From the NCBI RefSeq assembly GCF_009834535.1, contig NC_045697.1, forward strand, positions 114,764,001-114,828,000: a DNA stretch of 64,000 bases, in the 5' to 3' direction. Below are positions 36,448 through 49,590 of the stretch, in pieces; positions within the stretch are counted from its first letter, which is position 1, and each line of letters starts with the position of its first letter. Below the pieces are notes generated by a model. It had not been told where the DNA came from. It saw nothing but the letters and a program-made list of their open reading frames with translations, and searched no databases. The DNA is from Camelus ferus (lineage: Eukaryota). A program made the translations under genes and the position numbers.

Positions 36448-39039
36448 AAAATATGTTTCAGGGAGATGATACCTTGGTTTGAAGCAAAATCATTTCATGG
36501 CACCCAGACTACCATTACGGCTCACTAGTAAGAGGGAGGCTTGACAGAGGAGCTCAGGGAATGGATTTTTTGTATGTTTGTTTTATTTTTCTTTATCTTA
36601 TTCCTCTTCTTGCCCCTCATGCAGTTATTGATCTCGTCTACGATTGATTTTTTCCTTCCATTTTGTTAAAGAGAAAATAATTGAAGTAGTTTTCTTTTAC
36701 CCACACAGGGACATATTTTAGCCTTACTATTTCATCTCATGGGTAAATCAATATGTTTACACAGTGTCAGAATACAATACACAGGTTTTTAACCTCTTAA
36801 TGCCATTCCTGGAAAGGAGGAAATACCAGACACCCTGTGTGACTTAGGAAGGCATGTGTGTCACAAATTATGTGTCTGTTATTTATAGACAAAAATAAAT
36901 AGACACCAATCCCACAACACAAGAGCCTGCTACAGTATATAGCTTTGGGGATTTTATGTCTTAAGTAACATGATTACTCCTCTAAAACAAAGAACACATT
37001 GCTGCACTTTGTGCTCCGCTATTTTTAAGAAAGAGACACGATATGGTAGGTCTTTGTGAATTATGAACACAAAAATTGTCAGAGTTGGCTATCCCATTTT
37101 ACCTTACTTTCGATATGTTCCCAAACTTCGCATAGGACTCAGATCAGGAAAAGGTATTCCAGGTGGACCACAGAGAAGAGTTCTATTGCTAAGTCTTTAT
37201 GATTATTCAATGGGCATTACAATGTGGGATTCTTTATAGACCATAGCAAATCACAATAGGATCAACATGATGGAGAAGTCTGGGTTCTTGGAGCAAAGAT
37301 GTTTCTTTAAAATAATGAAAAAGCATCCTCTTGAGAAGGAACTCTTGCTATGAGCCTCTGAGGAAGGCTGAAAAAACAGTGGTGATTTTCAGGAAGTTAG
37401 GAGAATTTACACGTCTGTCTGTCATGAATCTAGCATTATCTGATATGAGTAGCCATGTAAATTATGAGTGTCCAATAACATTCTATTATCAAGATAAGAT
37501 CTAAACAGACTTTGAAAGCCCAAGTGAATTTGAAGACCTTCCAACATGTCTTCCCAATCCTATCATTCTGTTCTTTCCTCCTCAATCTACATCTAAAACC
37601 TCAGGCAAGGATTTTTGTGACAATTAACTGGCAAGAAGGGGTCCTAATCACTTCATAGTATTAGATCTTGTCTTAAAGGGTCCCAGAATGACCACAGAGA
37701 AGGAAAATTTCACAGTAGGCAGAACTTTCAACTATTACATTACTTTTCTTATTGTGTCTGAGAGGAGAAATAACTAGATCTATGCCAATTTGTAGCAGAG
37801 AGCAAAGGACTGCCCTACAAGATTGCAAGTGCATCTGTCCATTTTAAGGCTCCTTTATGAGGTCCAGTCTGCAGGAGGGTCTTTATACCTGGGGAAAACC
37901 CAATGGGCTCATGGATATCAGTTACCTACCGAAGACATCACCAAAAATTGAATGAAGCAAATATGGTGGCAGTATTGCCGATTATGTATAAGATCAAAAG
38001 GACACGTTTTTCTATTCACCCAAGCTAACTTGGTTACAGACCCTAACCCAAGCACCCAGTTGTCCTGCGCCAACCACCAGCTCTTAGCCACGGCAGTATG
38101 AAACCATACATACGTAAAGCTAGCAGAACAAACTGGTTTTTGCTCCCAACTGTTAAAACAAAAAGAGAAAACAAATTGAAATGAATTGGAATTTGGCTTT
38201 TTTTTTTTTTTTTTCATATGCAGGACTTTTCCCTTTTGTAAAGAACTCCGTTTCTTGGAGGTCTGAGATGAAGTATGGAAGAGGGCATCTCTCTACATTT
38301 TACGTAACATTGTGTTCCAGATCATGACTGCTTGGTCTACAAAATTTTACAGATTTTAGTTCTCTCGTTTGTGTTGTATGAAAACAGCTGTCGTGGCTGT
38401 TAATTACAGCCTTTTCTCCTCCTGGGAACCAGTTATGTGCCCATGAGGGCTGGATAAAGAATATAGCCATTGGGTTATATTCATAATGACTATCCATCTT
38501 TGAAATCTGTGGATCATTCCTTGATTAACTGCATTGTTCAGATCATTCTATCCTTTAGGAAAATTTTCTGCTCCTGTGCTCCCCAGTTTCTTCTGTAAAC
38601 AGAATTGTTAAATACTGTTCAATCTGTTCAGTTTGCTCTAACCTTTAACAAATTTCCCAAATGTGCCAGAATTCCAGGTGAGGCTCCAGCTGATAACTCT
38701 TCATATAGAGAAGAATTTCTAAAAGAAATTAAGCAAAACAAAACAAACAACAAAATCTCACTTCTTCCCATTATATTCTGTATTTGGAAAATGCATTTTC
38801 AAATCTCAGAGTACCTCACTTACATCAATTTATTGAATAAATATTTGTTAAGCATTTATTTCCAGTAGGAATGTATTGGATTGTGGAACCACATTCAAAG
38901 ATGAACCAAATATGTAACTTTCTGTACAACAAAAAGTCTGAAAATTTCAAAGATGAAAGTGGAGAAGTAAGAGTGAAGTCTAGTGCAGTTATGATGGTTT
39001 GGCTCAGAATATCTATTCCAGTTTTCTTCTATTGTGACT

Positions 39040-39670
39040 TCCCTTTCCTTTGGAGAGCAGAAAGCTAAAACAAAAAATCCTCCAATTCATTTTCATTTCA
39101 ATCCAAGTTTGATTCAGGTCCTCATCCAATGCAATCACATGAGACTTGAAATTGAGCTGAGATAAAGACAATATTGGGCATGCATTTTATTAGGCTATAT
39201 TGTAACAGATGAAGAATGGCTCTGGAACCAGACAGTGTCTCCCAGGCTTGCTGATTTAGCAGAAATGGCTTCATGATAGTAGAAAATGTATGACATGTGA
39301 CTCAGAAGCTCTAGTGGCACCTTCTGATTTTGCACGTGAAGTGTCCTGATCGGAGCACAGTGATGCTGTTCTGGAGCCAGTAATTAGCTAATTCAGCATC
39401 TCAGACTGCAACAGCCCTAGGTCTGTATGTGTAATAAGGGACACCTCCTGGTTTGACAAACAGCCTCCCGATCATGGCAGAAGCAGCAGCTCCTTAGGCA
39501 TCCTGGTTCTACAGCATAGACTTGAGAATAGAATCTGGAATCTCATCCTACAGATTTTTATTCAGCCATCTCAGTAATTCTGTAAGTCATCTGACGTGCC
39601 ATAATAAATACTTTTATTCTAAATTTCTTGGGGCGAAATCTGTTCTCTGCATCAGAACATTGACCAATGT
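39040..39670 (+). mobile_element. Ancient ERVL/MaLR-type LTR remnant
   Basis: Ends aataaatacttttattctaaa...tctgttctctgcatcagaacattgaccaat, typical of old class III LTR ends. Confidence 0.4.
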
Positions 39671-39724
39671 GAAGCCTCAAAGAGTATACACAAAATACAT
39701 AAAAGAGAATTTTTAAAGGCTATA

Positions 39725-40216
39725 TTTTTTAAAATTGAAGTATATTTGACTTATAATGTTGTGTTAGTTTCAGGTGTACAGCAAAGTGAATCATATATAT
39801 ATGTGTGTGTGTGTGTATATATATATATATTCTTTTTCAGATTCTTTTCCATTATGGGTTATTACAAGATATTGAATATAGTTTCCTGTGCTGCCAACAG
39901 TAGGTATTTGTCATTTATCTATTTTATGTGTAGTAGTTGTATCTGCTAATCCCAAACTCCTAATTTATCCCTTCCCATCCCTTCCCTCTTTGGTAACCAT
40001 AAGTTTGTTTTCTATGTCTGTAAGTCTTTTTCTGTTTTGTAAGTAATTTCATTTGTATTATTTTTTAGGATTCCACATGTAAGTGAAAGCACATGATATT
40101 TATCTTTCTCTTTTGCCTTAATTCACTTAGTATGATAATCTCCAGGTCCATCCATGTTGATGCAAATGGCATTATTTCATTCTTTTTTATGGCTGAGTAG
40201 TATTCCACTGTATATA
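39725..40216 (-). mobile_element. Young L1 3' fragment
   Basis: Antisense L1 3' UTR and ORF2 end; degenerate TSD taaaggctatattttt/taaatgctacttttt. Confidence 0.9.
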
Positions 40217-40561
40217 TAAATGCTACTTTTTAAAGTATATCAGGTAACTGAGTTGAATAATGACTGGCCCTGATTGTAGGTCTCCCTTCGTGATTTCTCT
40301 TTTTTCACTCCCAGTTTACTCCTGCTTTCTTCTCTCTCTTCCTCATCTGTTGCCTCACAATTCAGAGGAAAGGTAATCTTATATTCAGCTACTATATCTG
40401 CTAGGAAATCTTATTTTAGATTGTTGTGTTTTGGTGTACTATGATTTCAAACCCACATATTTATGACTTCAGTGAAATCACGAATTCACTTGTTATGACA
40501 AAGACAGAAAAAAAAGTTGTTTTTAGAAGTAGAGTTGTTTTGCTATAAGAATGAAAAATGT

Positions 40562-41170
40562 TGTATCAGGATGTCATCATCTCATCTGTCATCCTGGATA
40601 AGCACTCAGTAGCTGAGGGGCCCTGCTGGGGGCTTATCAATAAAATCATATAAAGAAGCATCATGTGATGGGACGCTAAGACTATAAATACCGAGGGTTT
40701 GTGAAGAGTATCCGAGAGTGGATTTTCAGTCTGGGCAAAGCTGCCCTTTCCTGATCTAGCTTCCTGAAGATCTTGAGATTCTTGCTACTGCCCTGGCCAA
40801 GCTACTGTTGGTTAGTAGTGGTGGTCAACCACATAGCAGACTCAGGAAAAACTGGGGCATTTGCTTCTGCCCTGGTAAAGACAACTCCTTTACTGGCAGC
40901 AGTGACAAACCCTGCAGTGGACCCTGGGAGGAGATCAGCCTGTCTATCAGCACCACACCTGTGTTCCCTAGCAACATCCTCTAGCAACAAAGGGGCTTTT
41001 ATTTTGATGCTGGCGGCTGGACTCCACCTGTCTATTGGCAAATTCTCTCCCAAGACACCAAACTCATCTAAAAGATTCATCTCAAATTAAATGTGGACTT
41101 TATTCCTTTCATTGCCTCCTGCCTGGAACAGTAGTGTGATTACTCTACTATTGATTTGGAATATTACTTC
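40562..41170. mobile_element. Possible ancient LTR remnant (unassigned)
   Basis: GC-richer block starting tgtatcaggatg with a TATAAA-like site; no TSD; ORFs not recognisable. Confidence 0.25.
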
Positions 41171-41738
41171 TTTACTTGCTTATTAAGAAACATTATCCTG
41201 TAGACAATTGGTCTATGAAATTATAATTCCCACAGTGAACTTGTGTTAAATAAACTTTGTCAGACAATCTTAGTTGCTGGGCTTAATTTGCTACCTTCCA
41301 AAACAAAACAGAAATGCAATGTCATATTTCTAACTTGCATTGTTTGATTCTTCCTCAATATGGTGCAATGATCTAAATTCAAACCAAGCTCATTTTCGAC
41401 TTTATCCTCAAGTATACATTCTCTTACTTTTTTCTTGTAAGGATTTTCAACTGCATGGAGGGTCAAAGGCCTTAACTCCCATGTTTTTCAAGGGGCAACT
41501 GTATATTCACAAAACACCATAGTAAAATGCAGAAAATATAAGTATGGTGTTATTACAGAAAGACAGGTGATAAAAATAATGTGAGTCCATGACAAATTCC
41601 TGTCTTCATTTAGAAATTTATATGTTTTAATAAATTTTATAGATTAGCAGGAGTAAAATTATCTCAGATATAGGCCTTAATCTTAATCTAGTAATTAAAG
41701 AATTATTTAATATATTAATATCTTAAAAATATATTTGA

Positions 41739-41893
41739 GGGAGGTTATAGCTCAGTAGTAGAGTGTATGCTTAGCATGCAAGAAGTCCTGGATTCAATCC
41801 TCTGTACCTTAATTAAAGTAAAATAAAATAAAATTAGCAAACCTAGTTACCTCCCCCCAGAAAGAAATAAAAATGTGCAAAAAATTATTATTT
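41739..41893 (+). mobile_element. tRNA-Ala-derived SINE
   Basis: ggttatagctcagtagtagagtgtatgcttagcatgcaagaagtcctggattcaatcc; TSD atatatttga on both sides. Confidence 0.9.
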
Positions 41894-42469
41894 AAATATA
41901 TATATTTGACTCTTTATTCAACAGGAAGAAACTTGACATATACTATTGATGTGCTTAAAATATATACAGTGGAAAGCTAGTCAGAAAAACAGAGGAAAAA
42001 AAGTACAGTAAGTGAAAAATGTACAGCATCCTAGAAACAAATCTTAAAATAATGATAATTTTGTTTTGTTTTGTTTTTAAATAGTGATCATTTTGTTGAC
42101 TACAACTAGCTCAAACACATTAAAGAATAGAAACTTTCAAATTCACAAGTAATGAATTAATGATTTGCTATTTAAAAGAGAAGTGTACAGAAAATGTGAA
42201 AATAAAAGCTAGAAAATATATATGTAGAAAATAGAAATCCTTTTAAAAATTGGGTATGGAGGAAAAAGCCAGATTGGGTTGGGTTAATTTTCGCTGTGTC
42301 TTCAGGACAGTGGGCACTACTTGTCCCCTGGGGCCCCACCACCCTCTCAGAGCTGAGCTCCCCTCTTAACCCATTTTGTCTCAGCACCCAACATCAGCAG
42401 GTGTCCCTCACTCCCCAAGACTGGGGCCTGGCTTTTGGTATAGTTTCCATCAGATCTGCTACAGCAGAC

Positions 42470-42927
42470 TGTGAAATAAAATTCATACTTTATGACAAGA
42501 CAAGGACAATTGAAACATAAAAAAATTCTTCTCTGCCCTTTAGTCTCCTCGCCCCTCACTGTGCACTGTGTGTCTGTGTTATGCACTGACCAAACCTCCC
42601 CTGTCGGCAGAAATTCCCGTTCAGCCATAAAGAGCAACTTCTCCTAAGGCAACTCCTTAAAGATAACATTCCTTCTTGATCTTACAAGGGGTCACGTGAT
42701 GCTTAGATCTGGATTATGTAAACTGTCAACAATACATCATTTGATGTACAGCCCTCTGTCTAAAAGAAAAAAAAAAAAAAACTTATATAACTGTGCCTTG
42801 AATTCTAATGGGTGGAACAGTTCTCAGAGCTTTCTGAGATGCTGTTCCCGGGTTCTAATCCTCAAATTTAACTTGAATAAAATTTTCCATTTCTTTCTTA
42901 GACCAACTGATGAATTTCTCATCGACA
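42470..42927 (+). mobile_element. Solo ERV1 LTR (MER34/39-like)
   Basis: tgtgaaataaa...atcgaca, TATA-like cttatataa, AATAAA near the end, TSD agac/ggac. Confidence 0.85.
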
Positions 42928-44216
42928 GGACATTTCAGTGGCTCTGGTACCTGCTTTTACAGACTGGACTCACAGAGTATCTGGATCCTCCCACCAGGTC
43001 CTGATTCTGGTGACATAATGCACCATGGGGCATGTGATCTGGCGACACCCTCCCCCCAGGTAGCCCAGGTGGTCCAGGTTACACATGACAGACACACAGA
43101 GGAGCTAATACCCCATGAGGCAAAATAGAAATACGGAGGGTAGGAGAACTGAAGGCATGGGTGAAGTCTAATTATCTCCCCTGATGGATGGTTACTTTAG
43201 AGCCACTGGTGCACCCAGTCTGTTTTCCTGTGAAGCTCTGCTCAGCTTGGTTAAAATGTCATCTTATGTTTGTTTCCCCTACTTCCTTGCTTCCCTTCAG
43301 TTTCCCCTAAGAATTTTACCTCCAAGGAAAGCATCAGTACATATATTTTGCCTCACCTCTCTTTCTTGACAATCGAAGCTAAATCACTTGAGACCAGAAG
43401 AGGCCAGAATCTCATACTGCAGTGAGATTTCCCACTTTTAAAAAGACATAAGGATCCTCATACCTGGTTGTTATTAGGGTGGGAGTCAGCCTCGATTTGC
43501 AGTGACCACACAGTATTTACCTGTGGTCAATTGGAATGACATTTCTCGAAAGTTAATATTTTGGGGTTGGGGAGTGGTTATTTTGTACTTAAATGGTAAA
43601 ATGGTAATGATCACTATCCTATAGAAAAGCTGCTTTTAGCAGCAACTGGGGCTGTGCAAAAAGAACCTGTTAGATTCAGAAGTGTTAATTAGCTACTTAG
43701 ATCCTGCTGTGAATGTGAGAGCATCGTTATGAAGCTTCAGTAGAAATTCTTATCTGGAATTCTAGAGATAATGGTCAGACAAACAGCAGATTCAGGATTT
43801 AATCATAAAAGATGAGTAATCTAAGGTCATGGGAATTATATTATATCAAAGTCAGATCCCTGATCAGATAGGAAATGGACCTTTAGTCCTAGGATGATAG
43901 CCTCTGAGTGCACAAATTTGGAAAATTTGAATATACAAATTCTCTCAAAACTTTCTGGCTAAGAATAACATTCTTTCTCCTTTTCCAGAAAAAAAAAATA
44001 ACAAACAAACAAACAAAAAAAAAACCGATTTCCTTGTCTGTAGACTGCATGGGACCTCACCTGAAGTAGATATATCACATGATGAAGCTTGTCCCTCTCG
44101 AGTTCTTCCAAACCAGCACACTTCTCTGTGCAAATAACCACAGTGAGAGCATAGCATCACCCAAACTAGGAATATAATCTCTGCTCCAAAAAAAAAAAGT
44201 ATCTCAATCCTCCTAC

Positions 44217-44834
44217 TGTTACTGGAGAGCAGATGTTTGTCGCTTGGTACACAGAATTCAGAAACAAACACAGAGGTCAAGAAAGCAAAGCAAGGATTTA
44301 AGAGATAGTACGTTCTCAAGGGAAGAGTGGGCGGACTCAGGTGAGCAGCTGCCCTGAGTTTCTTTGCAAGTTGGTTACATAGGGTGTAAAAATGAATGAG
44401 TAGAATATTCATTGAGGTGGGGGTTGGGGTCATATTCCCTGATTTTCATCCTAGCTCCACCTTCCCGAGGGGAGGAGGGATTTTTGTCCTTATTTAGTCT
44501 TGATTGAATAAGTATCTTGGCATTGGTGCATGATGGGTACTTCTAATCTGCAAGGCTAATTTTATTGTAATGAGGGCATAATGAGCAAAATGTTACATTT
44601 CGATGAGGGCATAAAATATTACATTTGGACACTTGAGATTCCTGCCTTATCCCATCCTTCTTTATCTGCCTCCAGGACACTTATCACCCCAAAAATGTGT
44701 GATTTCTTCTCAGGTCAGAGGTTCCTGCTTCTCTCTGCCCAAAGACCCCCGTTGTTCACAAGATGTATGGTTTCCTGCATTTGGCCCTTGCCCTACTTTC
44801 TCTGCTCATATCTAGCTATCTGCCTGCTTCAACA
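44217..44834 (-). mobile_element. Solo ERV1 LTR
   Basis: tgttactgg...ttcaaca with perfect 4-bp TSD ctac (44213-16, 44835-38). Confidence 0.9.
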
Positions 44835-45156
44835 CTACCATAAATGAAAAAAAAATAGCTTATTGAATATGTACTGGAAGGAACCTGTATAACACTTATG
44901 TAGAGATGTATCTTTAAAGGGAGTTGGACAAAAGTAGGAATTACAGAAGGCTAGATAAAGGAGGATACATTGAGAAATGGACTTGACCCAGTGTTCTGGA
45001 GAGGAAAAAGAGCTCACTTAATGTACTGCTGTGATGTCACCTTGAACCCTGAATAGAACAATGCCCTATGGTAAGTGAGACTGAGACATCAGTACACGTT
45101 TAGTATGTAAGGAAGTCCTCTAAAGTCTCAAGGAATAGGTGATGCTGGATTAGATT

Positions 45157-45742
45157 TGTTACCCAGTTTGGCAGGTCCTAGGTGAGGCTGTGAACCACCA
45201 CCCCCATCTTGACCAGGGATGTCCTCTTTCTGATTGGATTTGTGCAGCCAGTAACAAAATTGATCCTGAGACTGGAACAGCATGGGTTTTATTCAAAGGC
45301 CAAAGAATGAAGAAACAGGAACCTAGTTCGCAAATCAATTTCTCAACTCAATTCAGGTGGTGTATGGGGCAGTGGAAGTAAAAGGGAAAGAATTAGTGTG
45401 AGGGATATTCCTGACTTGTCCAAGGACAGGGGTGTGGTTTGGACTTGTGGGTGGACTTGAACCGATGCAGCTCTCCTTTTTAGTTCTTGCATGGGTTTTT
45501 CTGGTTGTTGTCATGGCAGTCATCAGCTGTCATGACGTGGTGGGTGTGTCATTTAGCAGCATTACAATGAGCCTACAATGAGGCTCAAGGAAGTCAAAGC
45601 CTCCACCATCTTGGGCCTAATTGGTTCCAACCAGGTCTTTTTTTATCTTTGCAGCTTCCTCCTGAGATTTAGATAAGAGTATTTGGTATCTATTCAAGGG
45701 AGGGGCAGGGGTATGATCCTGGGGGCAACAGTCTTGGGAACA
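45157..45742 (-). mobile_element. Solo ERV1 LTR
   Basis: tgttaccc...gggaaca with perfect 4-bp TSD gatt; shares a ~130-bp block with the MER41-like LTRs. Confidence 0.85.
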
Positions 45743-48171
45743 GATTTACAGTGTAAGACCCAAGAAACTTCAACTTATTATATTCCTTGGGAAGGTCCAG
45801 AGATCACTTCCTTCAATAAAGCATCTCTGGGGATGCTTGGTGCTGACTGTCTTCTTATAGCTGGAGTTAACAGTAGAGATGTTTCCATGGGACAGAGCTT
45901 CCTAATTTCAACATGGATGAGAGAATTCTGGATGGCAGTGCTGGGTTATGACACTTTTTACCTTCCTATGTAAAATGGTTTTATTTCCTTATGTGCAGCA
46001 AGGCTGGGGGGCCAGCAAGGTGCTTGGACTCTCAAAGTATTTGCCTACTATGGAGCCTTGGGATTTGGGGAATCACATGAGTGGCAAAAGGCAAGGCTTT
46101 TGGGTTCATAGAAGGTGAGGATTTGGAGATGAACAGGGGATGAGAACTTCCTTCCATCCCCATATAAGGTCAAGACTTTGGAAGAAATACAGCTTCAGTG
46201 AAAAGACAGTGAGAGAAAAAAATCTGCATTTCTAACAAAGGGAGACACCTGCATACACAAATGTGTCTTCTTTGCCTGGGTTATGGGCAGAGTCTTTTTA
46301 ACAGAGATTTTTTTTTTCTTTTTACATAAGAATTTATAAATACAGGTCTGTGCTTATAATGATGTGGGGTTTTGGATTATCTATTGGTAAAGCCAATCCA
46401 AACCATTTAAAAGAAAAATGAATTATCTCAATAAGTAAAAATAAAAATAGCCCTCCCAATGCTTTCTTTGATTCATAAGAATTTCTCCGTGTACTTCTCT
46501 GATATGTCACAGCAAACACTATCTTTAAGGCTGAAATATTAGAACCATTTCCTTAAATGAAATTTGACTTTTCAAGAGTTGATGATAAAAGTTCTTTTCA
46601 AAAATGGTTGAGAGTTATTCAGTCAGTAGTAAAGGAAAATAATTTATTCTGACCATAAAATGTTAAAACAGTATTATTCAGCCATGCAAACGTATTTTCT
46701 ACTTAGTATATCTTTCAATGACATAAAATCCAGTTGTCATAATTTCTTCCCTACAGGAAATATTTCAAAAACCTTGGGGTTTTATGCAATTGCTAAAATA
46801 AGCTTTATTTATTTTGTTTGTTTCACCTTCAAGCTAAACAACTGTCAATAATTATGATCCTGTTATATATTTCTGTGATTTACATAATCAATTCCAACAC
46901 CATTCCTCAAGCATGGTTGTACTATTTATATTAGTACATAACTGTTTGATTTTGGTGGTTCCAAATAATGTGCACACAGAATAATACAAACAGTCTATCA
47001 GCAAAGTCTTTTGTAGTTTGATTTAATTTTTCAGTCAATGCATACTACATTATCTTAATCATTGTTCCTAGTGGGAAATCTATAAATACGTTGCTTGATG
47101 TTTAACAATTTAAGTCACTTCTGTTTTATTTTAACCGCTAGTATATAATATCCTTACTATAGCAACACATGCACATTTCAGACAGAAACTGTTTACTCTT
47201 TCTTTTCTAGTTTAATAGTAATAATGTATTTCCCTTTGTCATTACAAATAAAATACAAAATTACAATATATGGGCCTCTAGGATCAATGAAACTGTATTT
47301 AGAGAAGCAGCAAGAAAAAAAAAAATCTGTAAATCTCTGATTAAGACATGGATTTGATCCAAAAACTTATTTTGAAGTTGGCTGATTGATGCTCAGAAAG
47401 ATTTTCTTTTTCAACTATGCTTGAAAACAGGCTCACCCATAAAATCAATGTACTGTGCAATGGTGTCTACATACTACATGCCTTCAGTGGACTCAAATAA
47501 AAATATTAATTTTTAAAAACTAGTTTAACAAGACAAAAATGTTTACATTGATGAGTAAAACGTGTTGAATTTTACGCTGAATGTTGTTTCTGTGAAAGAA
47601 AGCAGTTTCAGAATAAATATTCAGATGGAAGTTGATTGAAAACTGTCATGACAATGCTTAGATCATTCAATAATTCAGAGATCAGTGATTCTTCATGTCA
47701 TGCCTCATTTTATTGAAGCATTTTCATTTAATTGAAAAATGGTTCACTGTTTGGGATGTATTTGTGATGTAAAAGTTTTCTGGGTTACTTGTAAAATAAA
47801 CTTATAGTTAAAACAATGTGTTTTCCTTAAGCATTTGGGGAAATAGGAAGGGTCTGGATGGGGAATAAAAAAAAGAATAAATAAAATATTTGTACACATA
47901 TGAAAAAGAAATAAACTTAAGTTAAATTACCTAACTCAGGTATAAAAATGAAGAGGAACCTTTTGTTTTCCCTATTATTTATAACTATTTCATTCTACTC
48001 TATGTATGAGCAGTAACAACTTAAGAAGCAGGGTATTAACCCCCCCCCCTTAGGCCCATCCTTCAGAGATAACTATTTAAAATTTTTTTCAGTTTTTAGT
48101 TATTTGATGATTCATTGCACAACTTTGAATCACATACTGTTTTTCTTCTTTTTCTTAATTTTAAAATTCTT

Positions 48172-48950
48172 TAGAAGCAGTGCACTAACTTAGCCCTTGG
48201 CACCCAGCCCTCCCAGGAAGGAGAACAGGGGAGGGCTGGCTGGTGGCCACCTGCCCTGGAGAAACCGCTGGGCAAAGCGCGGGCCCCAGTGTCCACCCTG
48301 CAGGACCAAAGCGGCATCTCTGCTTCCCTGATGTGGAGCGTGGTTTGGGGTCCAGGCTGTGGGCAGCTTCCCCACAGCCGCCCCCGGCTGGAGGGATGTC
48401 CTTCAGCACCACCAAGCCTGCGGTCAGAGCTCCGAGCCCTGTCAGGGGACCTGGTGTCCCTGGAGTCCTGTGCTCGGCTCCACATACAGAGGATGCTTGA
48501 GGATGGCCATGGGACGAGTGTTGCCTGTCACATGCAGAAAACCTGGACCAATGAATGTTCTTCTGATGCACCAGGGAGACCCTGTGCATTATCCTCTTTC
48601 CATCCTGGCTTGACTCCCCAGCAAGATGCCCTGGGGCCTCAGGGAGCCCACCTGGATTAAGAAGGAGCCTCCGGCTCCCAGATGGCCGTGGGTGCAGGGG
48701 AGTGAGGCCAGGCGGGCAGGGGAGTGCCACCCAGGACGACCTGAGGCCCAAGCTGTCGAGTTGTACCTATTCCACAGCCCACGGGATTCCCGAGGTCAAA
48801 GAACAAGAGGGCTGCCCTGGAAAGGGGAACTTCCCCTGGAACCAAAGCATCTCCTGGCTGTGCAAGCACCCCCCCACCCCAGCCACATGCCCCCCCTGGG
48901 AAGGCCAGAGCTCTATGTCAGAAAGACCAAAAGGAACTGGCCACCTCAAG
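48172..48950. other. GC-rich, CpG-containing block of unknown origin
   Basis: Abrupt compositional shift from AT-rich flanks; T-rich tract at the left edge; many overlapping unrecognisable ORFs. Confidence 0.6.
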
Positions 48951-49590
48951 GAATCTCAGCTAAATATCCAGTGATGTTGCTGTGAGCGGTATCTTCCTCA
49001 AAACACTAGAACTCAGTTCAGCCATGTTGTTTGCCACGTGATATCAAGGATTGTCTTTCCTCCAGTTTCCAGGACCCAGTCGCCCATTTCTGTCTTGGAC
49101 CCCATCAGAATGGCCTTTGGTATCTCTGTCTCTACCAACATTCAGAATTACTTATGCATTCTCAAAGAAGATGGAAGATCTCTTTATCGCTCCTCTTTTC
49201 TTTCTGATACTCACCAGAATGACATTTAATGTCCATATTTCTAGCAACGATCCTTTCCAGCAATCCAGGCTTTTTCTCACATGCACCTCAAAACTTCTGG
49301 CCTCTCCCATCACCCTGTTCCAAAGCTGCTTCCACATTCTCAGGCGCTTTGTGCAGCAGAAGCCCACTTCTCTGTCTCCAAATCAGTCTCCTGCTCAGGC
49401 TGCTATAACAAATGCCACAGACTTGGTGGCTTACACCGCAGACATCTATTTCACACGCTTCTAGAGGCCAGAAGTCTGAGGTTAATATGCCAGATGCACT
49501 GGTTTCTCCTGAGGCCTCTCTCCTTGGCTTGCAGATGGCTGTCATCTCCCTGTGTCCTTTCCTGGTCCTCCTTCTTTCCAAAATGATCCC
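48950..49590 (-). mobile_element. MLT1-type MaLR internal fragment plus LTR
   Basis: LTR part gctgctataacaaatgccacagacttggtggctt...tctagaggccagaagtctgag...ttggcttgcagatggctgtcatctccctgtgtcc; internal part caccctgttccaaagctgcttccacatt. Confidence 0.8.

Larger units (their letters stand above)
33785..38270 (+). mobile_element. Ancient ERVL-type element: LTR33-like LTR (~33785-34996, split by L1) plus degraded internal gag/protease/RT/RNase H
   Basis: LTR end gatttctgttgcttagagccaaaa...aactaatgaca; protease-like gaccttcagccgtttgcacgagtcatggtgcactg (~36218); RNase H-like gaaggaaaatttcacagtaggcagaactttcaac (~37700); no open frames. Confidence 0.65.
42296..46290 (+). mobile_element. Ancient LTR16-like LTR (~42296-43386) plus ERVL-type internal region, carrying three nested solo LTRs
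   Basis: LTR end ttttgcctcacctctctttcttgacaatcgaagctaaatca followed by PBS-like gagaccagaagaggcc; degraded gag-like sequence continues across the insertions. Confidence 0.6.

Noticed and set aside
48171..48985. Many overlapping ORFs up to 188 aa
   Set aside because: ORFs in nearly all frames reflect high GC (few stops); no recognisable domain or exon structure.
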